The notes beneath the pieces were generated by a model that searched no databases, had not been told where the DNA came from, and saw only the letters and a list, made by a program, of their open reading frames with translations. This document shows, in pieces, positions 1 through 11,803 of a stretch of 63,432 nucleotides of DNA. Made by a program: the position numbers and the translations under genes. Position 1 is the stretch's first letter; each line of letters starts with the position of its first letter. Source of the DNA: Octopus bimaculoides. Lineage: Eukaryota. The DNA lies in assembly GCF_001194135.2 (NCBI RefSeq), contig NC_068984.1, forward strand, positions 35,027,583 through 35,091,014, written 5' to 3'.

Positions 1-31
<31 letters not shown>

Positions 32-943
32 TCATGTATATGTATGTATATATATTTTTATACATAGATACACACGACCACGAGCGCGCATATACACACA
101 CATTTATACACACATATACGTGTGTGTATGAGTATTTCAGCATATATATACATACTCATATGCTTATGCAAGTGGAGAGTAACATGTAAACCAACTCTTC
201 TTTAAAAACATATAATTCTGATATATTGACCAATACCACTTTTTACACTGTTCATCAACTCTATCACTACACTAGAATTCCCCTATTTCAAATATTTAAA
301 GCAACTATTTCTGAATATTAAAAGTAGCTACTGGTTTTACTCCATAAGAATACGTTGCAATTTTAATTACGTGGCTATTTTGGGTAAATACACAATCACA
401 AGTTAGGGAAACATTTCTCACAATAAAATTGGAAAGTTATAGCACAGAAAACAAATAGGAAAAAATGTCTGGTAAATCAAAAGAGAGTATTGGGGCCTAA
501 TCGTCCTAGAAACGTACCTCTGAAAATAAGAAAATGCGTTCCATTGATATTCAATACTTTACATTATCTTGTCTTTGTTACTTAAGCGAGTGATTTTAAA
601 TATATTACACACTGGCGCGTTTACACAGGAAAACCAGTCGAGGAAATATCAAAAAGAAAAAAAAAATAAAGCGTTATTTTAATGTACAACAAATCAATAA
701 ACTATAAATTATATATTTAAAAAAAACAAACAATGTATACGCCAAAATTTAAAATTGACCGATTTTTTTTTTCTTGTAATTCGGCTTATTGTGCCAAGAG
801 TATCGAACACATAGACACACGAGCCAAATATGTCGAGGTTATAACTACTCTTTCGCTAATTTAACTACACGTGTATAAACATAAGTAAAATGTGCAAATC
901 AAAATAAATGAAATTACTTGGCATTCGAACTTAATGGACGTGT

Positions 944-981
944 ACCGGATGTCAAAGCACAAGACAGCTGGCGCATGCGCA
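944..981. promoter_or_regulatory. Possible housekeeping-type promoter motifs (ETS-like and NRF1-like)
   Basis: ACCGGATGT at 944-952 and GCGCATGCGCA at 971-981, close together in repeat-free sequence; motif match only. Confidence 0.25.
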
Positions 982-1138
982 GAAATATTTTCCTAAGACA
1001 TGATGCCAAGTGAACACCATGGTTCATTATGCACACATTTCATTGACATAAAAGGATTATAGGTTTATAATGATCACTGCCACTTTGAACATTTTACTAT
1101 CTCTACTCCTTTACCATTGATCCATCAAATTATCTAGC

Positions 1139-1141
<3 letters not shown>

Positions 1142-1184
<43 letters not shown>

Positions 1185-1285
1185 TCTCTCCCTCTCTCTC
1201 TCTCAAACACTATATGTATATAACAGAATAAAGAATACATACATACACACACACATACATATATAACAGATTATATTTATCTACG

Positions 1286-1332
<47 letters not shown>

Positions 1333-1350
1333 GTATCTATAACAGAATAA
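1142..1350. repeat. Compound microsatellite (CT)n / (CA)n / (CTAT)n
   Basis: Directly visible tandem repeats. Confidence 0.9.
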
Positions 1351-1361
1351 CATCATATATA

Positions 1362-2430
1362 TTGGGTTGGAAACTAAGTTCCTTCATTTTTTTTTTTAAT
1401 TTGGAATTTATTGCGTTTTTAAATTTTGGAATCTATTTTTTCCGAGAATTTTATGTTTGAATCATTTTGGAATATCTTTTTTCCTAGTTAATTTTAGTTA
1501 ATTTTTGTTTATTTTTAGATAATTAAAATGGAATGTCAAATTAAGAATAAGGAGCATTTTTGACACCTCCTTCTTTTTGCTTTTAATCGAGGTTCTAAGG
1601 CCGCAAAAGCTGCTCGCGACATCTGTGCTGTGTATGGAGAGGGTGCCATAGCTGAAAGAACTGCTCGTGATTGGTATTCCAAGTTCAAAAATGCCAATGG
1701 AAATTTTGACCGCAAAGTCGCACCTCGTTCTGGCCGTCCAGTTGAATTCGATGAAGAGCGATTAAACAAACTTTTGCACGAAAAGTCTCGTCAAACCACA
1801 AAGCAACTGGCAGAGAAAATGGATTCTCTCACACTACTATAGAGAAGCATCTTCACTCGATGGGAAAGGTTCAGACGTGTGGAGTATGTGTTCCACATGC
1901 TTTAAGTGACAACAAAAATCAACGAGCCCCAATCTCCGCTGGTTTGCTTCCTCGTCACCGCTCAACTCATGGACACAAGCAACGATTTCTTCACCGAATC
2001 GTTGCTGGTGACGAAAAATGGTGCCTGTACATAAATATGTTCCGGTCAACGCAGAACTCTATATTCAACAGATGGAACGAGTCATCACGGCTATTCAAGA
2101 GAAAAGACATAATCGGGAGCATGGAGTTCTTCTGCTGCACGACAACGCCCGCCTTCATATCGCCAATATGACCAAGGAAACCATTCAAACGCATGTGTGG
2201 GAAGTGCTGTCACACCAACCTTACTCCCCTGATTTCCGTTGTTTCGTTCAATACTGATGCAGAATTTGGAGCGTGGATGGATCGATTTTTCGAGTCGAAA
2301 TCGGGTGATTTCTAACAATAGGTTATTGAAAATCTTGCTAAACGTTGAGAAGAAGTTGTAAACAACAAGTGTGAATACATTAATGATTAATTAGTTGTTA
2401 TTTTTTATTAAACCTTTAAAAAAATAAATT
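1362..2430 (+). mobile_element. Decayed mariner DNA transposon; left TIR present, right TIR not found
   Basis: TA followed by TTGGGTTGGAAACTAAGTT (mariner-like left end), then transposase remnant; no reverse-complement TIR seen downstream. Confidence 0.9.
1528..2390 (+). pseudogene. Mariner transposase pseudogene (stops, frameshifts, internal deletions)
   Basis: Pieces read MECQIKNKEHF*HLLLFAFNRG..YGEGAIAERTARDWYSKFK, RSGRP, CVPHALS (WVPxxL-like), IVAGDEKW, LLHDNARLH, HQPYSPD and C-terminal NKCEYIND*; third catalytic Asp region deleted. Confidence 0.92.
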
Positions 2431-2864
2431 TATAAAAAAAAATGTATGTATGTATGTGTGTGTATCTATATTTATATATGCATGTGTGTATATATGTAGA
2501 TTCATAGTTAGAAATATGCATATGCATGCATTGCTACTGGTGTTTCTAGTGGCCTACAACATGCTGATATAGGTCCATAACTGTTTGCCCTACAAATCAA
2601 CAAAGGAGCCTCTGCAACGTAGATCTATCTATCTGGTTGACATACCCCTGACGTTCAGCCCCAAACTACGATCTACTGGCCTACGGGAAAGAGAAAATGA
2701 ATAACGTAGAGCAGAAGGATGGAAATGTCGCTTCATCAGCAGTATAAATGCGTTTCGTCCGCGGTCCGATACTTATAACTAACCTGACAGGAAACAAAAG
2801 AACATCTCTAAAAATGCTTAAGCATAAACAGCAGCAGGGACCGTAAAATATTTCATCTATGCAT

Positions 2865-3148
2865 TAGCATAAGCTTTGGCATGCCGAGCGAAATGCAGAG
2901 CAGTATTTTGTCTGCTGTTACGTTCTGAGTTCAAATTCTGTCGAGGTTGACTTTGCCTTTCTGAAGGCGGCGAGCTGGCATAAACATTAGCATGCCGGGC
3001 GACTTTGCCAAATTCCGCCGAGGTCGACTTTGCCTTTCATTATTTCGGGGTCGATAAATTAAGTGCTAGTTGCGTACTGGGATCGTTCTAATCGACTAGC
3101 CCCCTCACTCAAAATTTCAGACCTTGTGCCTAGAGTAGAAAACAATAT
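2865..3148 (+). mobile_element. Two tandem SINE family A copies (partial, then internally deleted)
   Basis: Shared core GTTCTGAGTTCAAATT..GAGGTCGACTTTGCCTTTCAT..GGGGTCGATAAATTAAG and 3' CCTTGTGCCTAGAGTAGAAA, repeated many times in this window; resembles octopus tRNA-derived SINEs (named family not verified). Confidence 0.85.
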
Positions 3149-4899
3149 TTTTTTTCAAAGCTGAGCATAAGCACTTCGGTATTAGGAGAGTCTGTGCAGA
3201 TCGAGCCCTAAGAAAGTATAGCACTATAAAAATCTTTCATTCAGGCTTATATTTGAAAGCATATTATTTCTGTCTATCAAATATTTTAACCTCATTTTCT
3301 TCGCTTAATTTCAGTTAACACCAACCTATTAGGACAGAATATGTTGCTCTATTTCCTACACACCTCGCTCTATCTATTAATCAATCGACTTAACTATATA
3401 TCTACACATACATACATACATGTATATGTGCAGATACACGCAAATGGGTAAACATCACAGATAATTCTAGTAAATTTGGTGGCATGAACGAAACAAACAA
3501 AATACTCTACAGAGTCAAACACTGAAGGCATTTACATACGTGAATACATATATACATACATGCATACGTATGTACACACGTTCAAATATACAAGCACATA
3601 TGTATGCATATACACACACACACACATATATGTGTATGATATATATATGTGTGTATGTGTATGTGTGTGTGTGGTCACATAGGAATAAACACTAATATCT
3701 AAACACAATCTGTCTCTCACTTCTACATTACATTCCAATCTAGATTCATATGCTTTACTTTCCTGTTATCTTCTTTAAACCTACCGAATTTCCAATACTT
3801 TCCAACTTTTTTCTCACACTTACTTTCTAGTACGAGATATTAGTAGCGACGGAATACACATCTTCTAACTACAGACGCAAATATGATATCAGGCCGTTAC
3901 TATCAAAATTTGTACTAAATGAATGCACAAGAAGGAGAGTCAGTGATCTTGATCTTCAGAGACGTTATCACAAACGCTGTGCTTTTGAATTTATGATTGT
4001 CTTGTATATTTGGATATATACTCGTGGGGATATCTTGTATTTTTAAAGCATCAGAGTCGCCTAATTGGAGTTTCAAATGAAGGATGAATTATATATGACC
4101 AAATTCATTTATAAACATAAACTTTTCATGGAATACCTACAGATCTTACTAGCCATTACTATATATCTTTAATTTGCTTATGTAAATATGTGCATATGTG
4201 TATATGTATGTATGCCTTTATTTTTGTGAATTTGTGTGTGTGCAAGTGTGTGTCTGTAGCAGTATGTCTGGAGGTGTGAAAGTCAAGTAAAAGTACGATT
4301 AGAACATTTTCACCTTAAATCTCACATTAAGCAACAACTTCAAACTCGTCTACAGCAATCTCAAATACTTCATCCACGGACGCAAATTCATTATCGTTCA
4401 CCAGCATATTTAGCATATTTGTTGTAAAACGACAGTTTGTATTAAATACAAGTACACGACAACAAAGACGCAAACACATAACCGTAGTTATGTTATTCTT
4501 ACTTCCATATTAAGTTCACTAAAAACGAAAATAATTATACTACATAAATGTATTTGATTTCATTTACGAATATACTTAGGCTGAAAATGTTATGTTTCAA
4601 TTATATGTAGTTATGCATTTAATATGCTAAATGCATTCTTATGTATCCATAACTTGCACCGTGTACAGATGGAGGAGTTTCTACCTAGGCCTTTTCTACA
4701 TATGGAGCAGGGTATATAGATATATAAATATATATATGTATATATATAATTTGAAGATAAGCAACAAAAATTCAATAGGTTATCTTCAAATTGTATTCAC
4801 CAAATCTCTTGATTTTGTTTTTGGCTTTTACCCTACCAAATTCTGGTGCCTCAAACATTTTAAGTACCACATTTAATCTTTTGATTAAATCTATATTAT

Positions 4900-4943
<44 letters not shown>

Positions 4944-4948
<5 letters not shown>

Positions 4949-5126
4949 TCGTAAATATACAGGGATTAGCATTGAGTTGCTTCTCCAACATACTGAAAAT
5001 TTAGAAATAGCAGTCAAAAAACTACTGATTCTAAACTAGAATCAGTAGTTTTTTGACTGCTATTTCTAAATTTTCAGTATGTTGGAGAAGCAACTCAATG
5101 CTAATCCCTGTATATTTACGATGATA
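4944..5126. repeat. Perfect inverted repeat, 90-bp arms, 3-nt loop (AAC)
   Basis: 4944-5033 is the exact reverse complement of 5037-5126 (checked by hand). Confidence 0.95.
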
Positions 5127-7052
5127 AATGATTTTACCGATAAAGGTTTTTTTCATACTGAACTACTTGGCAAAATTGTTAATTATTAATTCTATTACTA
5201 ATTGACGATTCCCTGCCCTTATTCTTGTATAGATAGATAGATAGATAGATATATACTTGTGTATGAGTCCGTCATTCTGTGTGGCTGGTTGTTTTTTTAC
5301 CTGTCTCTTATTATGTAGCTATGTATTGCAAAGTCTCAGTCAAATAGAGCTTCACAAATTTGACACTATTTCCTGTATTGTGTCACGCTTCTATAAATTT
5401 TCATCTGTCGCTTTTAAAAAATAACGTGTAACATTTTATACGTGTACCCATATAAAATTTTAATTACAATTTCTTTTTATTTGAACCCTTTTATTCATTG
5501 AGTATATGATATATAGGTAAAATATATTCAGGTTATACATTTACATTAAATATTAGAAGCGTTGTCCGTTTATTTTCACTGCAAATACGCCGTCGGTTTG
5601 CTATCGAAAAATTCGTATTCCTGCATAATCCGAGCGTAATATATTCAAAAGAATTTTTAATTCAATTCTTGGTGTTAAACATGTTTATACTTAACCATAC
5701 ATCAAGGGTAGATGAGTTAAACATATCTTGCAGAGTACTTCAAAGATTAAATTTATTTTCAATATATTTGTCGGGTAAATTGGTTACGGAATCCCACCTT
5801 ACAGATTGAAGGTGTTTTCATTAAGGAGTGTTAGTCAGTAGATCTGACAGTGGCCACAGACACACGCAGATACATATATATACACATGCATGCATACATA
5901 CATACATACATACATACATACATACATAAATTTATTCCCTATTCTTCTCTCCCTTCACCGTTCCCTTTCTCTCTCTCACTCTTCCTCCTTGACTCTCTCA
6001 TCGCTGACACGTAACGAAAGTGGATCTCTCCTTCTGTCCACTCCTTGCTAAAGAAAAGACGTGTTTTTCCTGTCTCCTCATGGCTCGTCTACCTAGCATT
6101 CATAATAATTTTTCTATCGTCTTGGGTCAACAGCCCTCACCGTTTGATTTTACTGTCTTTTTCTCAGTGTCCTGTTCTTGTTAACACTTTCACCCTGCGG
6201 AAAAAATCCNNNNNNNNNNNNNNNNNNNNNNNNNNNNNNNNNNNNNNNNNNNNNNNNNNNNNNNNNNNNNNNNNNNNNNNNNNNNNNNNNNNNNNNNNNN
6301 NNNNNNNNNNNNNNNNNNNNNNNNNNNNNNNNNNNNNNNNNNNNNNNNNNNNNNNNNNNNNNNNNNNNNNNNNNNNNNNNNNNNNNNNNNNNNNNNNNNN
6401 NNNNNNNNNNNNNNNNNNNNNNNNNNNNNNNNNNNNNNNNNNNNNNNNNNNNNNNNNNNNNNNNNNNNNNNNNNNNNNNNNNNNNNNNNNNNNNNNNNNN
6501 NNNNNNNNNNNNNNNNNNNNNNNNNNNNNNNNNNNNNNNNNNNNNNNNNNNNNNNNNNNNNNNNNNNNNNNNNNNNNNNNNNNNNNNNNNNNNNNNNNNN
6601 NNNNNNNNNNNNNNNNNNNNNNNNNNNNNNNNNNNNNNNNNNNNNNNNNNNNNNNNNNNNNNNNNNNNNNNNNNNNNNNNNNNNNNNNNNNNNNNNNNNN
6701 NNNNNNNNNNNNNNNNNNNNNATATATTTATATATATATGAAGTGAGTGAGAGAAGGGGATAAGGTGATAATTATTCAAATAGATATTGTAGATAGTAAA
6801 TTAAGACTCAGGAAACTTGTTTGAATGAACAGTAACGCGCGAATGCAAATAACTTATGTGTCAATAGATTTTGACTTCAATTGTACATGTGTATTTGCGT
6901 ATAAGAATGAGTGTACAAGCTATTCAATGAATGAATAGATAAGAATTCATGTAGGAATTCAATGATTTAAATTGTCAAAATGGGAAAAGGAATCATTATT
7001 AGTTAAAAGAAGAATCGGTTCAAGAGGACTGTTTCATTATTGTTTGATTTAG

Positions 7053-7100
7053 AAAATCATCTCCCAAATTCATGGTTTTGGGAAAAAGTTCCTCTCAGCG
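7053..7100 (+). CDS. Candidate 48-nt internal exon (unverified)
   Basis: ttattgtttgatttag| ... CAGCG|gtaatg; open in all three frames, e.g. ENHLPNSWFWEKVPLSG. Confidence 0.2.
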
Positions 7101-7905
7101 GTAATGTACACGAATAATTTTATTCTAGATAGAAGTCGACTAATACTGTGTACGTAAAATCGAGATCTCGAAAACAATGCGGAAATCTACCCAAAAAGCT
7201 TCTGAAATGAATCTTTATGTAATATTGTTTATAGCTTTATGTGCATCGAAAACCACTGTTCCATAGTAATTATACACACGCGCGCACGCACGCATACCCA
7301 CATTACAACGAACTCAATGTAGTAAATGTACAATCCATATTACCCCCGAAGGCAGTTGCTCAGTTCTCGAAATAAATCAGGAATTTAAGTATATTTTGAA
7401 CAACGATAAAATGTGACAGGAAGAAAGAAAGGAAAACCTATACAAAAAAGGAAATGGGAGGAGGTAGGCATTTGTCCAAAAATAATTATATACCGTTATT
7501 AGTTCTAGACTGTTAGAATAGAAGGTAATAAGTACTTTGAAGGATAAATATTAAATTCTGCTATTTGTGAAGAAATTGAGATAACTTTTGCCTATTGATT
7601 CTAAAATAGAATTATCGAAAATTAAAAATATGCGGTGATTAACAAAACTCAGAAACTATATATAAATGGTGATTGAAAATGGAAGTGAATGTGTTTTAGT
7701 GGCTAAATATGGATAAATGTTATTACTGATGAATTTTAATGTTTGTTTCTCAGGTTATAATTGAAGTAAAAATTAAGAGCTAAATATTTGTTGATACAGA
7801 CCAAGGACAGTAAACCTACGACTTAATATATTAGTGCGTTTTGTAAAGTGATGTAATATATAAATTGACAAGTTAATACTGAGAAGGTATATGAATGTAT
7901 ATGCA

Positions 7906-8690
7906 TACGTGGTCTGATCAATAAGTATAGTGACTTTTGCCATAGTAACGACGCTAAAAAAGGCAGAGTGAAGCAGCTTGGCAGAGAGTGATCTTGGACG
8001 CTGCTGTGCATGCGCGCTAAGCTTTAACGTTATAGCTCACTTCCGCTGTTTACAGCAGTGCTTGGAATGAACGTGTGTAGCTTGTGATCGTCGCATTGAC
8101 CATCACAGAGAAAATTGTCATGCTGATAACTGCCCAGAGACTTACGCAAAGTTGTAGAAAGTGTATGCAGAGGGGTTTATGAGCTACACACAAGTGTGCG
8201 AGTGGTCAGATGTTTCCAAGATGGCCGAAAAATGTCGATACGATGAACGTTCTTGGGGACCTGAAATCAGAATAAATAAGGAAGACATTGCGTGTTTCTG
8301 TGCAGCTGTGAGGGAAAATGGTCGAATCACCATCTGTGAGATATGAGAGGAAGCGCAGATTAGTTCTGTTCAGTCTATTATCGCCGAAGGTTAGGGTATG
8401 AGAGGCGTGTCTGCCAAGTTTGTGCTAAAATTGCTTTCAACTGACTAAAAAGATATTTGGGTTTCAGTTGTACAAGTTCTCCTTGATTGTGTCGAGAACG
8501 ATGAAACTTTGCGTATTCTTTGAGCAGGTATCAGAAAGCTTTTTGCAAAATTTGATTCTCTGCTCAACTATCTCTGCTATGCACTGCTGTGAACTGCGGA
8601 ATTACACTAGAACTTTAAACATAAGTGCACACGCATAGCAGAGTTAAAGCGGCTTCACTCTGCGTCCAAATACATATTGATCAGACCACG

Positions 8691-8692
<2 letters not shown>
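7906..8692 (+). mobile_element. Non-autonomous mariner with long terminal inverted repeats
   Basis: TACGTGGTCTGATCAATA at 7906-7923 is the exact reverse complement of 8675-8692 (includes TA TSD). Internal remnant reads YAEGFMSYTQVCEW..GRITICEI..GMRGVSAKFVLKLL (N-terminal HTH and WVP-like motif). Confidence 0.9.
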
Positions 8693-8764
<72 letters not shown>

Positions 8765-9648
8765 CCTATACATAGAAAGAGAGGGACAGATATACGTATT
8801 GAATTATATTATATATGAAAAACTAGTTTTCTGTAGATACATATCGGTACATTTTTTGGCTTTCAAAATTGAAACTGTGTTTTGTTTATGGTCATGCCTA
8901 ATATCTATAGTCAATAAACATCCAGATGTACACATAGCCGCACAAACGCGTATACATACTCGTATACACAAGCACTCACATTCAAGTTTCATTTTACAGT
9001 CGAGTGAAAATGGATTCAATACAGAGTACGCACAATATTTTATTAGCGGAGAATAGTACAGAAGCAACTGGAGAGGATTTAATTACGTACTGAAATATTT
9101 GTCCAAGTTGTAATATCTCACGAAATTTTAGGCTGTTTACTAAATTTTATCAATTCATAAAAATATCTTGTATGCAGAAATGCATACTTAAATCTCAGGT
9201 CACTCTTAGAACCGCTCCTAGCATGTAATCCAGGGAAACATGTCGTACACTTGGACTGTTGGGCCGTCGGACAGTTGGCCACTAATCCAGGACCCCTACC
9301 GAGCCTGTTTGCTATGGAAGGGAGTTTATGTAGGACACCTGCAGTATAAAACTCGAACTAGTCAAAAGGTTAATGAATGCAGTAAAGCCATCGACCATCC
9401 AACAGTAACGAGACGCACTTCTTTGTTTAGATGCATTTCTACGAGAGGGTAATTCCGAAATAACACTCGACTTGTTGTAGAGCCGGACAGCTTGATCTTG
9501 ATTGCCTCCGGACTACTTAATATTGTACGTGCGAATGTTAGTATTGTGTAAAATGTTATTGAATTTGGATTTCAGCATGAATATTGCTGATAATTATTGT
9601 CTTCACATCTAGAAACAAAAAAAAAACATAGAGTAGTGTCACATTCTA

Positions 9649-9800
9649 GAAGAAGACGCCGAATGGCTCTAACACCACCTTATTTATCACGCCGACACGG
9701 CTAAACATTTTAGAACAATCGTTTTCGTTCATTTCCCTCGCTTTCAGCCCATGTCTATGCGATAAATAAAGTAGTATTAGAGCCATTCGGCGTCTTCTTT
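9649..9800. mobile_element. Fold-back MITE, about 152 bp, TA target-site duplication
   Basis: 23-bp perfect TIR AAGAAGACGCCGAATGGCTCTAA (9650-9672 / 9777-9799); TA at 9647-48 and 9801-02; interior also partly self-complementary. Confidence 0.85.
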
Positions 9801-10419
9801 TAACATATGAAGCTATGCCGTCGCTGCTTTTATTATAATTATATATAAACATGAGATGAAAAACACTTATTATATTTACATAATTTGAGTTGTCTTATCC
9901 CATTATTTTCTTTTTATTAATGGCAATACTATATAATCTTTTTCACATGCTAGATGAACCGAAGGTTCACTGTTATTGAGTAACTGTATATTTTGCCACT
10001 ACGTAAAGACTCATTTGCTTAAAGTACGATATGTATCAACGATATTTGGTGATATCGCGGGTATTGGAAACGATCGCTATTAGCTACAATTTGCCCAGCT
10101 TCTTCCCGATACTCGCCACATAATTTAACTTCTCTTCCCTTCTCATCTCTCTCTCTCTCCTCCTTATGTCCGTCATAACCATCAACAACGCCACACACCG
10201 TATCATACATTACCACAGGCGAAAGTATAGGTATAAAGACATACACAGACACATTCACAGACCCTCACAAGCAAGTATATATCGGATATATTAATATAAA
10301 TACGTGTATACATAGATACATACATACACATGCGCCCCCCCCACACATATATATTCATTTACATATATATATATATATGCATATATACACAAGCATATAT
10401 ATATATATATATATATATA

Positions 10420-10639
10420 CCGGAGTAAGCACATAAAATGTGCAACAAGGCGGAAGAAAGAGTACTCAAATACCAGAGGTAGAGTAATATGCTTTATTTA
10501 AAAGCAGCAGAAATATAACAATAGACTGTTACTCTCAGTTTCACGTTCCCGTTCATCGGACAGTTTTGTTCCCGATGAACGGGAACGTGAAACTCAGAGT
10601 AACAGTCTTTTATTATATTTCTGCTGCTTTTAAATAAAG
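10420..10639. mobile_element. Palindromic repeat, likely Penelope-like element terminus (68-bp arms, 12-nt spacer)
   Basis: 10492-10559 versus 10572-10639 are inverted with about 3 mismatches; the arms carry a hammerhead-like core. Confidence 0.65.
10525..10564 (-). ncRNA. Putative minimal type I hammerhead ribozyme (CCGAUGA variant)
   Basis: ACUGU-CCGAUGA-ACG(GGAA)CGU-GAAA-CU(GAG)AG-UA-ACAGU: stems I, II and III all pair; GUA cleavage triplet; deviates from consensus at U4 and the 10.1-11.1 pair. Confidence 0.6.
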
Positions 10640-10759
10640 TATTTATATCTATATATATACATATATATATATATATATTTAATAATACAAAGAATATATA
10701 TACATGTATACACACATATATGTACATATATACACACATATATGTATATACATGCATAT

Positions 10760-11132
10760 CAGGGTACAGGACGTTAGAACTATAAACCACAGACAACGGA
10801 ACGAACACATAGGAAAACGGAAAGCCCCTTGGAATATCCCTTCATCAGCTGTCTCTATTCTATCTAGACGTTTCGAAGACCAGACAGGACGTACTCTAGA
10901 ATAGTCTCTTCCTGAGTAGTGGATCAACCAACTACACAGAGGATTCCAAGGTGGCAAACACAAACCAAGGCAGGAAAAAATGGACAGTGAAAACAACATT
11001 CAAAAGCTGTACGGCCAAACGCAAATCTGGGGTAGAACGCTAGTAGTTCGTCTTGCCTTCACAGCGGCTGGAGTGAAAAGAAAGCTGACCACAGGTCACA
11101 CGAGAGCAGAGAGGATGGTGGGGGGAGGAAAT
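10760..11132 (-). mobile_element. Probable Penelope-like retroelement terminal remnant, cut by a gap
   Basis: Minus strand has GTCTTCGAAACGTC and CTGATGAAGG boxes followed by a T-rich tail; no clear coding homology. Confidence 0.4.
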
Positions 11133-11752
11133 NNNNNNNNNNNNNNNNNNNNNNNNNNNNNNNNNNNNNNNNNNNNNNNNNNNNNNNNNNNNNNNNNNNN
11201 NNNNNNNNNNNNNNNNNNNNNNNNNNNNNNNNNNNNNNNNNNNNNNNNNNNNNNNNNNNNNNNNNNNNNNNNNNNNNNNNNNNNNNNNNNNNNNNNNNNN
11301 NNNNNNNNNNNNNNNNNNNNNNNNNNNNNNNNNNNNNNNNNNNNNNNNNNNNNNNNNNNNNNNNNNNNNNNNNNNNNNNNNNNNNNNNNNNNNNNNNNNN
11401 NNNNNNNNNNNNNNNNNNNNNNNNNNNNNNNNNNNNNNNNNNNNNNNNNNNNNNNNNNNNNNNNNNNNNNNNNNNNNNNNNNNNNNNNNNNNNNNNNNNN
11501 NNNNNNNNNNNNNNNNNNNNNNNNNNNNNNNNNNNNNNNNNNNNNNNNNNNNNNNNNNNNNNNNNNNNNNNNNNNNNNNNNNNNNNNNNNNNNNNNNNNN
11601 NNNNNNNNNNNNNNNNNNNNNNNNNNNNNNNNNNNNNNNNNNNNNNNNNNNNNNNNNNNNNNNNNNNNNNNNNNNNNNNNNNNNNNNNNNNNGTTATTAT
11701 GACTATTATTTTCATAATTCTCACTAGACACAGTTTCTTCATTTAATACAGA

Positions 11753-11803
<51 letters not shown>

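Noticed and set aside
518-519. Possible 2-nt microexon cag|AG|gtacgt on the minus strand
   Set aside because: The same CAG-AG-GT pattern occurs at about 31887 on the plus strand; too short to distinguish from chance
4340-4420. Acidic mini-ORF MLVNDNEFASVDEVFEIAVDEFEVVA on the minus strand
   Set aside because: Too short, no splice signals or recognisable motif
9200-9460. GC-richer stretch with 50-70 aa open frames, vaguely kringle-like
   Set aside because: Cysteine spacing does not fit and no consistent splice sites
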